Origin: Prasinococcaceae sp. CCMP 1430
Lineage: Eukaryota; Plantae; Prasinodermophyta
DNA: 35,486 nucleotides
Direction: 5' to 3'
Assembly (NCBI GenBank): GCA_013416795.1
Contig: RQSC01000004.1
Coordinates: forward strand, 1 to 35,486
Shown piece after piece: positions 12,001-23,561 of the stretch (position 1 is the stretch's first letter; every line of letters begins with the position of its first letter). The translations under genes and the position numbers were made by a program. The notes below the pieces were generated by a model. That model saw only the letters and a list, made by a program, of their open reading frames with translations. It was not told the origin of the DNA and did not search any database.

Positions 12001-15000
12001 AGCGCACCCCGCTCTTTTTCTCCAGCGGCTGCTCGATGATGGTCTGCAGCGCGGGCGCGTCGAGGAAGCTGTGCATGTTGATGGTGAACGACGACCACGC
12101 CTCCGGATCGAGCTCGGCGAGCTTGTCGCGCATGAGCGCCGTCTTGCCCGAGCCGGCCGCGCCGACGAACATCACGTAGTGCTTGTTGGCCACCAGGTTG
12201 TCGAGCAGGTACGACAGGCGCGTCGACTCGACCGTCGGCACGAAGATGGACGAAAAGTCTCCGTCGTTGATGTACGTGTAGCTCTGCACGCGGTCGGCCC
12301 ACGGCGCCATCGCCACGCTTTTCTCGTCGACGTAGTAGTCGAAGACGCTGCCCTGCTCGGGGAAGAACACGCTCTTCCACTCGGCCTTCCACCACTTGGA
12401 GAACTGGTCCTTGTAGTCGTTGACCTTGTCCACGGCGAGCGCGCCGCCGAGCGCCCATACGCACGCGAAGACAAATTGGTGCTCGAGCAGCTTCTTGTCG
12501 GGAGGCGGCGCGTTCGGCGGCAGCGCCTCCGACGGCAGCATGCCCTCCAGGATCTTGCACACGGTCTGCGCGATGTTGACGTACACCAAGGGCGTCACCT
12601 GCTTGAAATTCCGGCGCACATAGTCGAGCGACTTCTCCATGTAGCGCGCGAAGAGCTCGATGAGCACCGGCTGCAGCTGCTTCTCCTCGAGCTCCTGTAT
12701 CCACGACTCGACGCCCGGCTGCCAGCCGATGTCGTCGTCGTTGAGGTAGATCACGCCGCCACGCGACACGGTCGCTGGCGAGCAGTGCAGCATGTGGTTG
12801 ATCTCGAGCAGCAGGCGCATGGAGCTGGTGAGCGGGATGCGCTCGTTCGACGCCAGCGTGAGCATCTTGTTGTCGTCCATCACGGTGTTCATCGACTCGA
12901 TCCACTCGGCGTCGATGTCACCGTCGAGGACGATCCACTGGTGCGCGTTGGTGTTGTTGTTGGCCATGTCGCGGAAGGTCACCGAGATGAGCCCCTCCTT
13001 CCACTCGCGCGTCGAGGGGTGCAGGTACCCGTAGAGCTCGTTGCGCGTGACCGCCTTGGGGTTGATCGGCTTGAAGATGGTCTTCTCGCCGTGCATGTTC
13101 TGCGCGCGCTGCAGCGTGCGGTACACGGCCGACTTGCCGCACCCCGCGGGGCCCAGCAGGAAGACCGACCAGCGCACCTCGAAGATCTCGCGGAGCTGCG
13201 TGATCTTGAGGCAGAAGGTCTCGTCCGCCTGGTAGCCGAGCTCGCCGGCGGCCTTCTTGATGAGCGGCGTGAAGGTCTCGTCCACGCGGCGCGGCACCTC
13301 CTCCATCAGCTTGGGGAAGAGGTCGTTGAGCAGGCCCATGAAGATGCCCAGGTCGTCCGAGGTGAGCTTGCCAAGGTTGAAGTCGCGCAGCGCCTGCAGC
13401 AGCACGCGATCCTCCGACAGGTGCGGCTGGTCGCGCTTCATGCCGCCCGCCACGTACAGCGTCGTCTTGATGGCGCGCAGCTTCCAGTCGTAGTGCGCCG
13501 ACTTGGACAGCAGGTCGCCCGACAGGCCGTACAGGATGACGAACTTGCGCGAGAGCAGCTTCGAGTCGAGGAAGCCCTCCGACATGAGCATGATCTCGCA
13601 AATCAGCTGCAGGTCCGGCACACACATGGACACCGGGCGGAAGAGCGCCTTGAGCGACTCGGGCAGCTCGGCGCGGCCGGGGTAGCCGGGGTTCATCGTA
13701 ATGAAGGCCATGACCGACGGCCGGAGCGCGACCTCCACCTCCTCGAAGACGAACCGCTCCTTATTCGTGCGGATGGCGTCCAGGACCGTCTTGTACTGCG
13801 TCGAGCACACGCTGAGCACCGACACTGGGATGCGGTTGAACTCGTCGAAGCAGCCCCACGCGCCCGTCTGCGCCAGGCCGCGGTAGATCTGCCCCATCGC
13901 CTTGTAGTCCATTTGGTCGCTGCAGTTGAATACGTACACCGGCACTCCCAAGTGCCTCGACAGGTCTGCGAGCGCGCGCGCACGCGCGAGCGTGCGTCAG
14001 GGGCGGCGTGCGACAGCGCGCGCTACACGGGTCGATGCTCACGCGCCAGCTAGCAGCGGGGCGCATCGCGCAGCGCCCGCACCCTTGACGGTCTCTGTCT
14101 TGCCGGTGCCCGCGGGCCCCGCCGGCGCGCCGCCCAGGCAGAGCTTCTGCGCCTGCGTGAGCGTGATGTAGCAGCGGTCGGTGAGCGGCGTGATGACCAG
14201 GCAGCCGCAGACGCCCACGTACTCGTACTGGTACGCGATCTCGGCGTCGCAGATCTTGACCTCACAGTCGCGAGTCTTCTCGCTCTGGTAGTAGCGCAGC
14301 TGCGACTGCCACTGGAAGGCCGTGCCGCTCTCCACGCGCTCCTCGATGAGGCGCAGCGCCACATCGCGCGCGTGCACGTCGAGCGTGCACAGCTGGATGA
14401 TCTTCTTGCGGTCCAGCTTGGACATGTCGCCGTTGATGAGCTCGATGAGTCCGGCCAGCTGGTCGAGCTGCTTCTGGTAGCAATCCTTGATGGCCACGTC
14501 GTTGCCATCCTCGAGCTGGTCGAACGCGTCGTCGATCTCGTTGGTGAAGGCCACGCGCGTCGTCAGGATGGTGTTCTGCGCGCTGTTGTTGAAGAACCAC
14601 TTGGTGCGCGGCTGCTCGTCGTAGCTCGCGACGGCCGTCCGGAACTCGGCCGCCAGCGCACCGCGCATAGAACCGACCACCTCGTTGAGCCACACCTCCA
14701 CGGCGCCCGAGCAGTCGCACTCCTGGGGGAAGGCCACGTACTCGCCCTCCTTCGAGTGCATGCCCAGCGCCATCTTGGTGAAGGCGCCGCTGTCGTCCGT
14801 CTTGTACTCGAGCGTCTTGATGGCATCGAAGCACTTCGGGATGTGTTTCTGGATGAGCTGCGGGTTGGAGCCCTTGGAGAGGATCTCCAGCAGGTCGGCG
14901 GGCGCAACGAAGTAGAAGCGCGGGAAGATGATGCGCTTGGATTCGAGGTAGTCCTGCAGCGCCTTCTCGCACAGCTCGAGCTCCTCGAGCATCTTGTCGA

Positions 15001-18000
15001 GGCTCTCTTGGCGGCCTTCCATGTTGCACGCCTCGACCACGTTGACGGTGTCCGGCGCGCTCCTGGCGAGGGTCTGGAACTCGGCGTTTGTGGCGTCGAA
15101 GCGCTTGGAGTCCTCGGGCAGCTGCACGCGGATGTCGGCCGAGCCCACGAAGATGGACTCCAGCGCCATCCACTTCTTCTGGACGCTCAGCCACGTGCCG
15201 AGCATCGTGTCGACGGCCCCCAGCTTCCGCTGCCACGTGGCCACCATCTCCAGGAACTTTGGGTTGCCTTGCACGTACTTGCCCCCGCTCATGTTCTGCA
15301 GCTGCAGGTTGTCGTTCTCGAGCATCTCCAATATCGTCTCGTCGACGGCCACCGAAGGCACCTCCGATTCGGGGATGGGCGGGAAGTCGAGCTGCGCGCT
15401 CGCCCAATTGGCGTCGATCTTCTGGATGGCGCTCTCGATGATGAGCTCCTTCTGCGCGCGGTCCACGATCTCCGAGACGGCGTCCACGTAGTTGTGCAGC
15501 TCGAGCGCGAGCAGGTCGCCCAGCGAGAAGCTCTCGTCCATGACGAAGTGCTTGCCCGTGGCGCGCATGAGCTGCTTCCAGTGGCGCTCGCGCATCGACG
15601 GGTGCGCCAGGTCGGCCACCAGCGGCAGCGAGGTGGACATCGCCTTGACGGCCTCCTCCAGCTGCTTGTAGCCCTCGAAGGCGCGCACGACCTTGTCGAG
15701 CTGTTTCACCTGCTTGGCGAGCTTCTTCGTCTGCTCGCCCAGGTACTCCGTGTCGATCTTCTCCCAGAGCGTGGCCTTCCACGCATCAAAGGTGAAGAGC
15801 ACCACGCCCACCATGTCCCAGAGACTCTTCAGGAGGAGAATCTCCTCCGAGCAGCGGCTGAGGTACACGTAGTCCACCACGTGCACCTCGAAGAGGTCCT
15901 GGCGGTCGTTGAGCGCCGCCGCGCGCTCGACCATGCGCGTGACGCTGCCGTAGGGGTAGCCCGCGCCGGCGTCGACCTCGCCGTGGTCGTAGTAGTCGAG
16001 CACCTCGTAGGCCGGCGTGATCATGTCGATCGACAGCGCGCCGCCCTCGCCGCCGAAGGGCGCGCGCGCCTGGAACGACTTGCGGAAGGCGTCGACCTCC
16101 TCGGCGAACGCCTGCGACTGGTCGCGGATGGCCGCTGCCTCGTCCTGCTGCAGGTCGGTGAGCCTCTCGCGCACGTTGAACATCTTCTTCTTCACGCTCG
16201 TCCATTTCATGGGCGCCTCGTCGAGCTGGGAGATCACCGCGTCGGACAGCTGGATCTGGTACTTGTCGAGCAGCGCCACGGTGGCCTTCAGGGGCTCGAA
16301 CATGCCGTCGGTGCGCTCGGTGCGCGCGCGGATCTTCGACATGCAGCGCATGGCCGTGTAGAGCGCCTCCTTCCTGTCGAACGCCGGCGCGCCCTCCTCG
16401 CCGCCCTCCTCGCCGCCCTCCTCGCCGCCCTCCTCGCCGCCCTCGCCCTCCGCAGCGGGCGCGTTCTCGCCGAGGATGTCCTTGTCCAGTTCGGCGTGGC
16501 ACTCGTCCATGAAGGCGTACAGGTCGTCCATGGCGTCGACCACCGAGCTCGACAAGTGCGAGGTGAACAGGTAGCTCCACTTGGTGACCGCCGTGCTGAG
16601 CGCCTGCTTGAGCGGCCGGCAGTCGATCTTGAGCCAGCCGCAGGTGGTGCTGGAGGGCAGGCCCTGGATCTCCTCCTGCATCTGTTTGTAGCGCGCGATC
16701 TCGGCGTCGAAGGTGGCGAGCTCGGGCTGGGTGGCGCCCTCGGGCGTGTTGGCCTCGATGAACTCGGCCAGCGCGGTGGGCAGGTCGGTCGTCCACAGGT
16801 ACGCGTACTTGGCGAAGGACTCCTTCACGGCCACGCAGCGCTCCTCGTTCTGCAGCACGATGGTGAGCACGCCCGAGATGGCGTCGGCCAGCTCGTAGTC
16901 CTCCTCGAGCTCCTTGAGGTAGGTGCCGTCGGCGGTGTCCAGGCGCTGCATGAGCGCGCCGATGTGCACGAAGCCCTTGATCCACGAGTTGAAGATGTCG
17001 CGCACGCCGCCGCCGCTGCTGGTCGCGCCCACCTCGGGCTGCCACAGAATGTCCGGCGCCACGAGCTCCAGCTGGATCTCGAGCAGCGGCACGGTCTCGT
17101 CCTGCGCCATCATCTCGTCGTCCACCTGCTCGCGCAGGTAGGCGATGCTCGCGAGCACGGCCTTGGACAGCCCGTCGGTCACGATGTCGGTGACGTACTC
17201 GACGTAGGCCTTCCACGCGGGCGCGCCCTTGGACACCTTGAGCGTGCGGTTGGAGCTCGAGAGCAGCTTGGTGATCTCGTGCGCGTCCTCGGCGATCTCG
17301 TTGTAGCGCACCGAGAAGAGCGTGCGCTGCGCCTCCTCGAGCTCCTCGACGGTGTACACGCGGCCCTCCTTCCGCGAGAACATGGGCTTCGTCGACCAGT
17401 GCCCCAGGATCTGGCTCGTGCGGTCCACGTTGGACTTGATCGTCGTGAGGATGCGCGACACGTCCTGCACCATGGCCATCACCTCGGTGATGTAGTCGTC
17501 GATCTTGTGGGAGTTCCAGTTGAGCCTGGACACTCCCCTCTCCAGCGCGGCGTCGCACTGCGCGAGCTTCTCCTCCACCAGCGGGCGCTCGACGGGCAGC
17601 AGCGTCTGGAGCACCGTGTTGTACACGCTCGCGATGAGCGCCAGGTTGCCCGTGAGCTGGCGGAAGTATTCCGCCTTGGCGTACACGCGCATGGCCGTCG
17701 CGGGCACCTCCACGCCCAGCAGCAGGAAGTACTTGATCTCGCGCAGCAGGCGCACCAGCATGGGGTCGAAGTTGACCTTGATGAGCGGCAGCCCGCCGTC
17801 GTCCGCGCGCGTGAGCAGCGGCAGGCGCAGCTTGTCCTCGCCGGTGGCCTCCACCAGGCGGCGCCAGTCCTTGACGGTGTCGCGCTCGTACTCGCCGATG
17901 GCGGCCATCACCGTCGAGTACGTGCGGGTGATGTCCCTGGCGGCCTCGGACTCCATCACCACCTGGCCGAGCGAGCGCAGCTTGGCCATGGGCTCCTCGA

Positions 18001-19875
18001 TGCGCGCGGCCAGCCCGCGGCACCACGCGACGGTGCCCGAGTGCGGCGCCGCGTTCGAGTTGAGCGCGGGCGCGTCCCTGCCCCGGGCGAAGAGCTCGCT
18101 CACCGTGCGCAGGTCGGCGCCGTACGCGAGGACCAGGTCGGCGTGCTTCCTCTGGAGGTCGGCCGCGATGATCTCGCGCTCCAGCAGCCCCTCGAAGCTG
18201 TCCAGCAGCGAGAAGGTCATGGCCACCGTCGAGCAGTCGTCGAAGGTGCTGACGATGACGCTGCCCAGGCGGCGCTCGAGCTCCTTGATCACGCAGCGGG
18301 CCTCGTAGAAGTCGTCGTCGAACTCCTTGGTCTCGACGGCCAGGATGTCGTACTGCACGTTCTGGAACTTGTGCACGACGCCCAGGAAGTCCTGGTGGAT
18401 CTGTCGCACGCTCATGGTGAGCGTCTTGCCCTTCGTGCCGCCGATCTCGACGCGCTCCAGCTTGTTGAACAGCAGGATGGTGTGCGCGAGGTCCAGGATG
18501 TCGTGGCAGCGCTCGAGGAAGGAGTCGAGGCGCGCGAAGAGCGCCGAGTTTTGGAAGCGCCAGGGGTTCTCGGGCGTCTCGCCCACCGTCTTGGCCTTGG
18601 TGTCGAAGTAGAACGACTTGAAGGCGCCGCAGACCTTCAGGGTGGTCTTGAGGCGGTCGACGGCCTCCTCGGGCTCGATGGAGAAGATCTCCTCGGCGTT
18701 GACGTAGCGGCACGCCTGCTGGATGAGGTCGTTGCACACCGCGCGCATGAGGATCACCAGGCGCGGCGCGGTGTTGTAGTGCCCGGAGTGCTTCCATATG
18801 AGCAGCACGATGTGCATGATGGGCCGGAAGAGGTCGATCAGCTGCGGGAAGTCGTCCGCGAGGCTCAGCCTCTCGAAGTACCTCCTGAGGGGCGCGAGGA
18901 ACTTCACGTCGTCGTTGGCCTCCACGCGGCCGGCGGCGACCTCGCAGCACAGGCGGTTGAAGGCGGGGTAGTACGTCGACTTGGTCGCCTCGAGGATCTT
19001 GACCACCTTTTGGATCTTCTCGCCGCCGAGCTGCTCGTGGATCGAGTTGAGGTTGGCCGCCTTGGCCGCCCAGAAGTCGAGCTCGGCGAGCGGGCCGGGG
19101 TTCTGGCCGTCCTTGAGCAGCTGCTCGGGGTCGAGCTTGAGCACGCTCTTGATCTGGCGCGTCCAGGTGACCACGGCGCTCTCCAGCACGTGGATGCGGT
19201 CCTTGTCGCGCAGCGCCCGGTCGTCGGCGCCCGCGGCGGCGGCCCCGCCGGCGCGCGCGCAGCGGCTGAGAAGAAGGCGAAGAATGCGGAATCGGACGTT
19301 GCCAGCCGGCAAGCGGCGCCCTCGGCCGGCGGCAGCGGCAGCAGCGTCTTGCCCTTGGTCTGGCCGATGGTGACGTAGACGTTGGCGATGAACTTGTGCA
19401 GGCTGTCCACCACCTCCCTGCCGATCACCTCGGGCCAGCCCTCCTGGTTGCGCGGGTTGCACAGCAGCGGCAGGAAGACCTCCTGCGACACCGTGCTCAG
19501 CTGCTCGAGCGCCCCCTCGGCGACGTCGCCGAAGCTCACCTGCTGCGCGATGTTGTCGCCCGTGAGCGCGACGGCGCGCGCCTTGAGGAAGTAGGCCGCC
19601 TTCTTGCGGAAGCGCGAGGGCGGCGCGTTGGACGCCACCACCTCGCCCTTGGCGCTCTCGTACACGAGCAGCCGCGACGTGTCCGGGTCGTCGGCGAACA
19701 TGACGACGGCCGCCTTGCTCTCCTCGGAGCTCAGCAGCTTGGCCCACGCGTCGGGCTTGCGCTTGAGGGAGGACAGCGCGCGCGACTGGATCCAGAGCAT
19801 GCGCGCGTCGGCGCCGCCCTCCTCGCGCCCGTCCTCGTCCTCCTCGCCGCCGCGGCCCATGCCGCCGCGCCCCAT
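6065..19875 (-). CDS. ODA4: Axonemal outer-arm dynein heavy chain, beta type (DNAH9/11/17-like; Chlamydomonas ODA4-like), ~4553 aa; exons 19875-19298, 19265-14083, 13965-6065
   Basis: N-terminal tail (DKDRIHVLESAVVTWTRQIKSVLK; GPLAELDFW), P-loops GPAGTGKT, GPAGCGKS, GAAGSGKT and GVGGSGKQS, CFDEFNR, stalk coiled coil, and C-terminus YQCPVYKTERRFREEVF...FLDIA*. Intron 13966-14082 (AAG G|GTGCGG ... CGCAG|AC) restores TETVKDLSRHLG. With a 32-nt intron at 19266-19297 the exons total 13662 nt, a multiple of 3. The beta assignment is from recalled similarity. Confidence 0.93.
16392..16439 (-). repeat. In-frame 12-bp tandem repeat x4 encoding (GEEG)4 in the dynein tail
   Basis: CCCTCCTCGCCG repeated four times on the + strand; the protein reads EGEGGEEGGEEGGEEGGEEGAPAF. 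Confidence 0.9.
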
Positions 19876-19933
19876 CTCTTCTGTCGGACGAACAACAGGG
19901 GGGGGTTGGGGGTTGGGGGTTGGGTTAAGGCGA

Positions 19934-19994
19934 TGTGTGTGTGTGTGTGTGTGTGAGTGTGCGTGCGTGTGCGTGCGTGTGCGTGCGTGCGTGC
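19934..19994 (+). repeat. (GT)n/(GCGT)n compound microsatellite just upstream of the dynein start
   Basis: Directly visible tgtgtgtg...gcgtgcgt tract. Confidence 0.9.
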
Positions 19995-20142
19995 TTGTGC
20001 GTGATTTTAAAAAAAGCCTGGCGGGATGCATTTTCATGGATCAATCCGCACATTTGTATATTTTATTTCACATCCAACAATACTTTCAATAGCGCAAATA
20101 TCCGTCGAGAGCGCCACGCGGGGAACGACGCGACTGGAATGA

Positions 20143-20192
20143 TTAGGGTATACCCTAACATTTTTGGGTGCTTTAGGGTTTACAGTACTGTA
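20143..20192. promoter_or_regulatory. Telo-box-like cluster: palindrome TTAGGGTATACCCTAA, TTTAGGGTTTA and palindrome TACAGTACTGTA
   Basis: Located at 20143-20158, 20172-20182 and 20181-20192, in the divergent intergenic region between dynein and citrate synthase. The function is inferred. Confidence 0.45.
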
Positions 20193-20332
20193 CGTCGTTG
20201 GCACACACCACCCCCCTGTCTGCAGCGTGCACCCGCCTCCTCCCCTGCGGGCAGGCACTCGCCGCGCGCCGCGCAGGGCGCCGGCCGACGTCGCGTCCCG
20301 GGCGCGTGGACGCGCGCGAGGATGGCGGCGGC

Positions 20333-20334
<2 letters not shown>

Positions 20335-20366
<32 letters not shown>
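20335..20366 (+). repeat. G32 homopolymer (G-quadruplex potential)
   Basis: Uninterrupted G run. Confidence 0.95.
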
Positions 20367-21704
20367 CGCGCCGCGCAGCGCCCCCCGCGGCGGGCGCCCT
20401 CGCCTCGCAGCACCCCCCCACCCCACCACAGTCCCACCCCCGCACACGCACTCGCCCGCGCGCCGTACAGACGACGCGCGGCGCCGCGACGCCGAAAGCT
20501 TCACGCCCCGCACATTTGCCCAACCAATCATGTTTTGATACACAAAAAGCTCGGAGATATCGGAATTCTGACGCGCACTTCCGCGGAAAAAAGCGGAAGC
20601 TCGGCTTTTCGCCCCCTTTCGGATCCGATGCTTGGCGGGCCCCGCCCGCGCGGGCGCTTTTTTTTTTTTGGGGGACTTGGCGACGCGCGCGCGCGCGGGC
20701 GCTCGCGCGCGCGCCATCGGAACGCATGCGCGCGCGCCCCGAAAGAAAAAACGGCGGGGGAAAAAGGCGCGAAAAAGGCCGCGCCGCATCGGGCGCGGCG
20801 GTTGCCGCGGGGATTTCGCGGCATGTTTCGCGACATACCGCTTTTTTTGATGCGAATTTGAAACCGGTCGTCCCTCGAAAGAACTCTGAAGGTTCGGGCG
20901 CCGGGGAGATTTCGCGCGACGCGCGACGACCTCCCGCTTTATGTGACATGCATTCGAATGCTTCGACCCCTCGAAAGAACTCCGAAAGGTCGCCGGCGCC
21001 GCGCCGCGATCGGCGGCGCAACCGCCATCAAAACGCATTCGAAATCCGTGCGCGCGCGCGAAACACGAACCCTTTTTCGTGAGGAGGGTGGGACGTAACC
21101 TCAAATGCGCGCGTTACGGTTACGGCGTGGCACTGCAGACCGCCCCCACCCGGGGTGTGCGCATGCACAGAGGATTACACATACATAAAATTCGTATAAG
21201 ATACCCACGGGCGATCATGAGGAAATTCACATTCGTTTTGACCTGCACCCGTCGCGAGGCGTCGCGTGATGCGTGCTTGCGTGAGGAGGGCATGGTTGGC
21301 AGATTCGGTCGAATTCAAACCCTACGTCTCATACCTCAAAGCATAACCTGAACCCGCAGACGTGCGTTTTGACGTGGGGGCGGCAGCGCGGGCTGTCGGC
21401 GTGATGTGGCGGGGCGGCGCCGCGAGGCCACACAGCGCGCGCGCGCGCGCGCGTGGGAGGGGGTGGGGCGAGGCAGGCGCCGCGGAGGGGTCTCCTGGCG
21501 GCGGACGGGCGTGCGTGTGCGTGGAGGACGCGCGTGTGGGGGGGGGTGCGAGGGGAAGAGGGGCGGGCGGAGGAGGGCGTGTGGCGGGCGCCGGACCCGG
21601 GGGACGTCGTCCGCGGACCGGCGGGCCCGAACCCCAGGTGCGCGCTTGCGCCTCTTTACCCCCCTTACCTCCCCCCCCCATCCCTCCACCCCCCGCCGGC
21701 AGCC

Positions 21705-23192
21705 ATGCCGCCGACCCCGATTCCCGGCGCGCTCGAGCACGCGCCGGGCGCGCTCAGCCGCGCGTTCTCGATGACCTCCCCCACCGCGGCCGGGGGGGCG
21801 TGCGGCGGGGCGAGCGGCTACGAGGCCGGCGCGTGGAAGCTGCCGACGGACGCGACGCCCGCGGAGGACAGGAAGGCGAGGGACGTCGCCACGCTCACGC
21901 TGCCCGACGGCCGCGCGTTCGACCTCCCGGTGCTGCGCGACGCCAAGGGCACGGTGTTCGTCGACGTGCAGAGGCTGCACGGCGCGAGCGGCGGCGTGTG
22001 CACGTACGACAACGGCTTCGGCTCGACGGCGAGCTGCATCTCCGCGATCACGTACATCGACGGCGCCGCGGGCAAGCTGTACTACCGCGGCTACTCCATC
22101 GAGGACCTCGCGGAGCACTCGGACTTCGAGGAGGTCATGTTCCTGCTGCTCGACGGCGAGCTGCCCACCCGGGAGGAGAGGCAGCAGTTCGTCGGCCAGC
22201 TCAAGCAGCACGGCCTGGTGCACGAGCAGCTGGTGAACCTCTTCAAGGCGTTCAAGCACGACGCGCACCCCATGTCCATCATGTGCGCCGCGGTGGCGGC
22301 GCTGAGCTCGTTCTACCCGATGAGGGACCTGCGCGACAAGGAGGAGGCGGCGCTGGCCACGCTGCGCCTGATCGCCAAGGTGCCCACCCTCGCGGCGATG
22401 GCGTACAAGACGGCCATCGGCGAGCCGGCGGTGTACCCGCGCGACGACCTGGGCTTCGTGGAGAACTTCCTGCACATGATGTTCGCGCGCCCCACCGGCA
22501 GGTACGAGGTGGACCCCGTGGTGGTGCGCGCCATCGAGGTCTTCTTCGTGCTGCACGCCGACCACGAGCAGAACGCCTCCACGTCGACGGTGCGCACGGC
22601 GGGCTCGTCGCAGGCGAGCCCGTACGCGTGCCTGTCGAGCGGCATCGCCTCGCTGTGGGGGCCCGCGCACGGCGGCGCCAACGAGGCGGTCATCAAGATG
22701 CTCGACGAGATCGGCACCGTCGACCGCATCCCGCTGTACATCGCCAAGGCCAAGGACAAGTCCGACCCCTTCCGGCTGATGGGCTTCGGCCACCGCGTGT
22801 ACAAGAACTACGACCCGCGCAGCCGCGAGATGCGCAGGCGCTGCCACGAGGTGCTCGGGCTGCTCGACGTGGAGGACCCCAAGCTGGCGGTGGCCATGCG
22901 GCTGGAGGACATCGCGCTCACCGACGAGTACTTCATCAGGCGCTCGCTCTACCCGAACGTCGACTTCTACTCGGGCATCCTGCTGCGCGCGGTGGGCTTC
23001 CCCGTGTCCATGTTCACCGTGCTCTTCGCGGTGGCGCGCTCGGTGGGCTGGGCGGCGCAGTGGAAGGAGATGGTGAGCGCCGAGACCGTGCCGCGCATCA
23101 ACCGGCCGCGCCAGATCTACGTGGGCGAGCTCGAGCGCGAGTACGTGGGCGTGGACGAGCGCGTTGTGGGGGGCGGCGGCGGCGCCGTCTGA
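21705..23192 (+). CDS. gltA: Citrate synthase, bacterial (GltA, type II-like), 495 aa, intronless
   Basis: Motifs [70 protein letters not shown] and [14 protein letters not shown] lies at 23220-23224 after the stop. Confidence 0.95.
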   Translation: MPPTPIPGALEHAPGALSRAFSMTSPTAAGGACGGASGYEAGAWKLPTDATPAEDRKARDVATLTLPDGRAFDLPVLRDAKGTVFVDVQRLHGASGGVCTYDNGFGSTASCISAITYIDGAAGKLYYRGYSIEDLAEHSDFEEVMFLLLDGELPTREERQQFVGQLKQHGLVHEQLVNLFKAFKHDAHPMSIMCAAVAALSSFYPMRDLRDKEEAALATLRLIAKVPTLAAMAYKTAIGEPAVYPRDDLGFVENFLHMMFARPTGRYEVDPVVVRAIEVFFVLHADHEQNASTSTVRTAGSSQASPYACLSSGIASLWGPAHGGANEAVIKMLDEIGTVDRIPLYIAKAKDKSDPFRLMGFGHRVYKNYDPRSREMRRRCHEVLGLLDVEDPKLAVAMRLEDIALTDEYFIRRSLYPNVDFYSGILLRAVGFPVSMFTVLFAVARSVGWAAQWKEMVSAETVPRINRPRQIYVGELEREYVGVDERVVGGGGGAV

Positions 23193-23219
23193 GAGGCGCG
23201 CGAGCGGTCGGCGCGTCGT

Positions 23220-23224
23220 TGTAA
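23220..23224 (+). promoter_or_regulatory. TGTAA green-algal polyadenylation signal (citrate synthase); equivalents at 28592-28596 (SDR) and 32878-32882 (TPR)
   Basis: TGTAA occurs 28-90 bp downstream of three + strand stop codons. TGTAA is the established near-upstream poly(A) element of chlorophytes. Confidence 0.6.
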
Positions 23225-23561
23225 TTCTTCTTGAGCGAGCGAGGCTCCTGGGGGTGCGCGGCGGCGGGGGCGGCTGCCGGCCGCGGCGGCGGTAGTGGCG
23301 GCGCTGGCGCTTGTGGCGCGCCGCCGTCGTTCGCGTGCGTGTGTGTTCTGCGGGCGTGTGTGTTGTGTTGTGTGCGCGAGGTGAGATGGCGCGTCCTGCT
23401 CGCCCCCGGCGGGCTCCGGGCCCTCTCGCGCGTCCGGTGCGTGCGCGAATTGCGAGGTGTTCGCCAAGTGGCGCGCGCGCGGCGCCTCGTGCGGGGGTTT
23501 GCGGTAGGTGCGGGGGGGTGTTGCCGCAGGGGGAAGAGGAGCAGGCGCGCGGGCGCTCGCG

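Noticed and set aside
19255-19345. Protein-like + strand reading AAAEKKAKNAESDVASRQAAPSAGG at the dynein frameshift site
   Set aside because: There is no start or extended coding signal on that strand; it is explained by the pyrimidine tract of the putative intron on the minus strand.
14372-19378. 1668-aa + strand ORF and other long antisense ORFs (11621-14053, 6038-7144, 21336-23747, 28612-30390)
   Set aside because: These are mirror frames of real genes. Strong G/C third-position bias removes stop codons on the opposite strand, and the translations have no domain motifs.
20034-21700. Many overlapping Arg/Ala/Pro/Gly-rich ORFs in the divergent intergenic region
   Set aside because: Low-complexity GC-rich and homopolymer DNA with no codon bias or recognisable domains.
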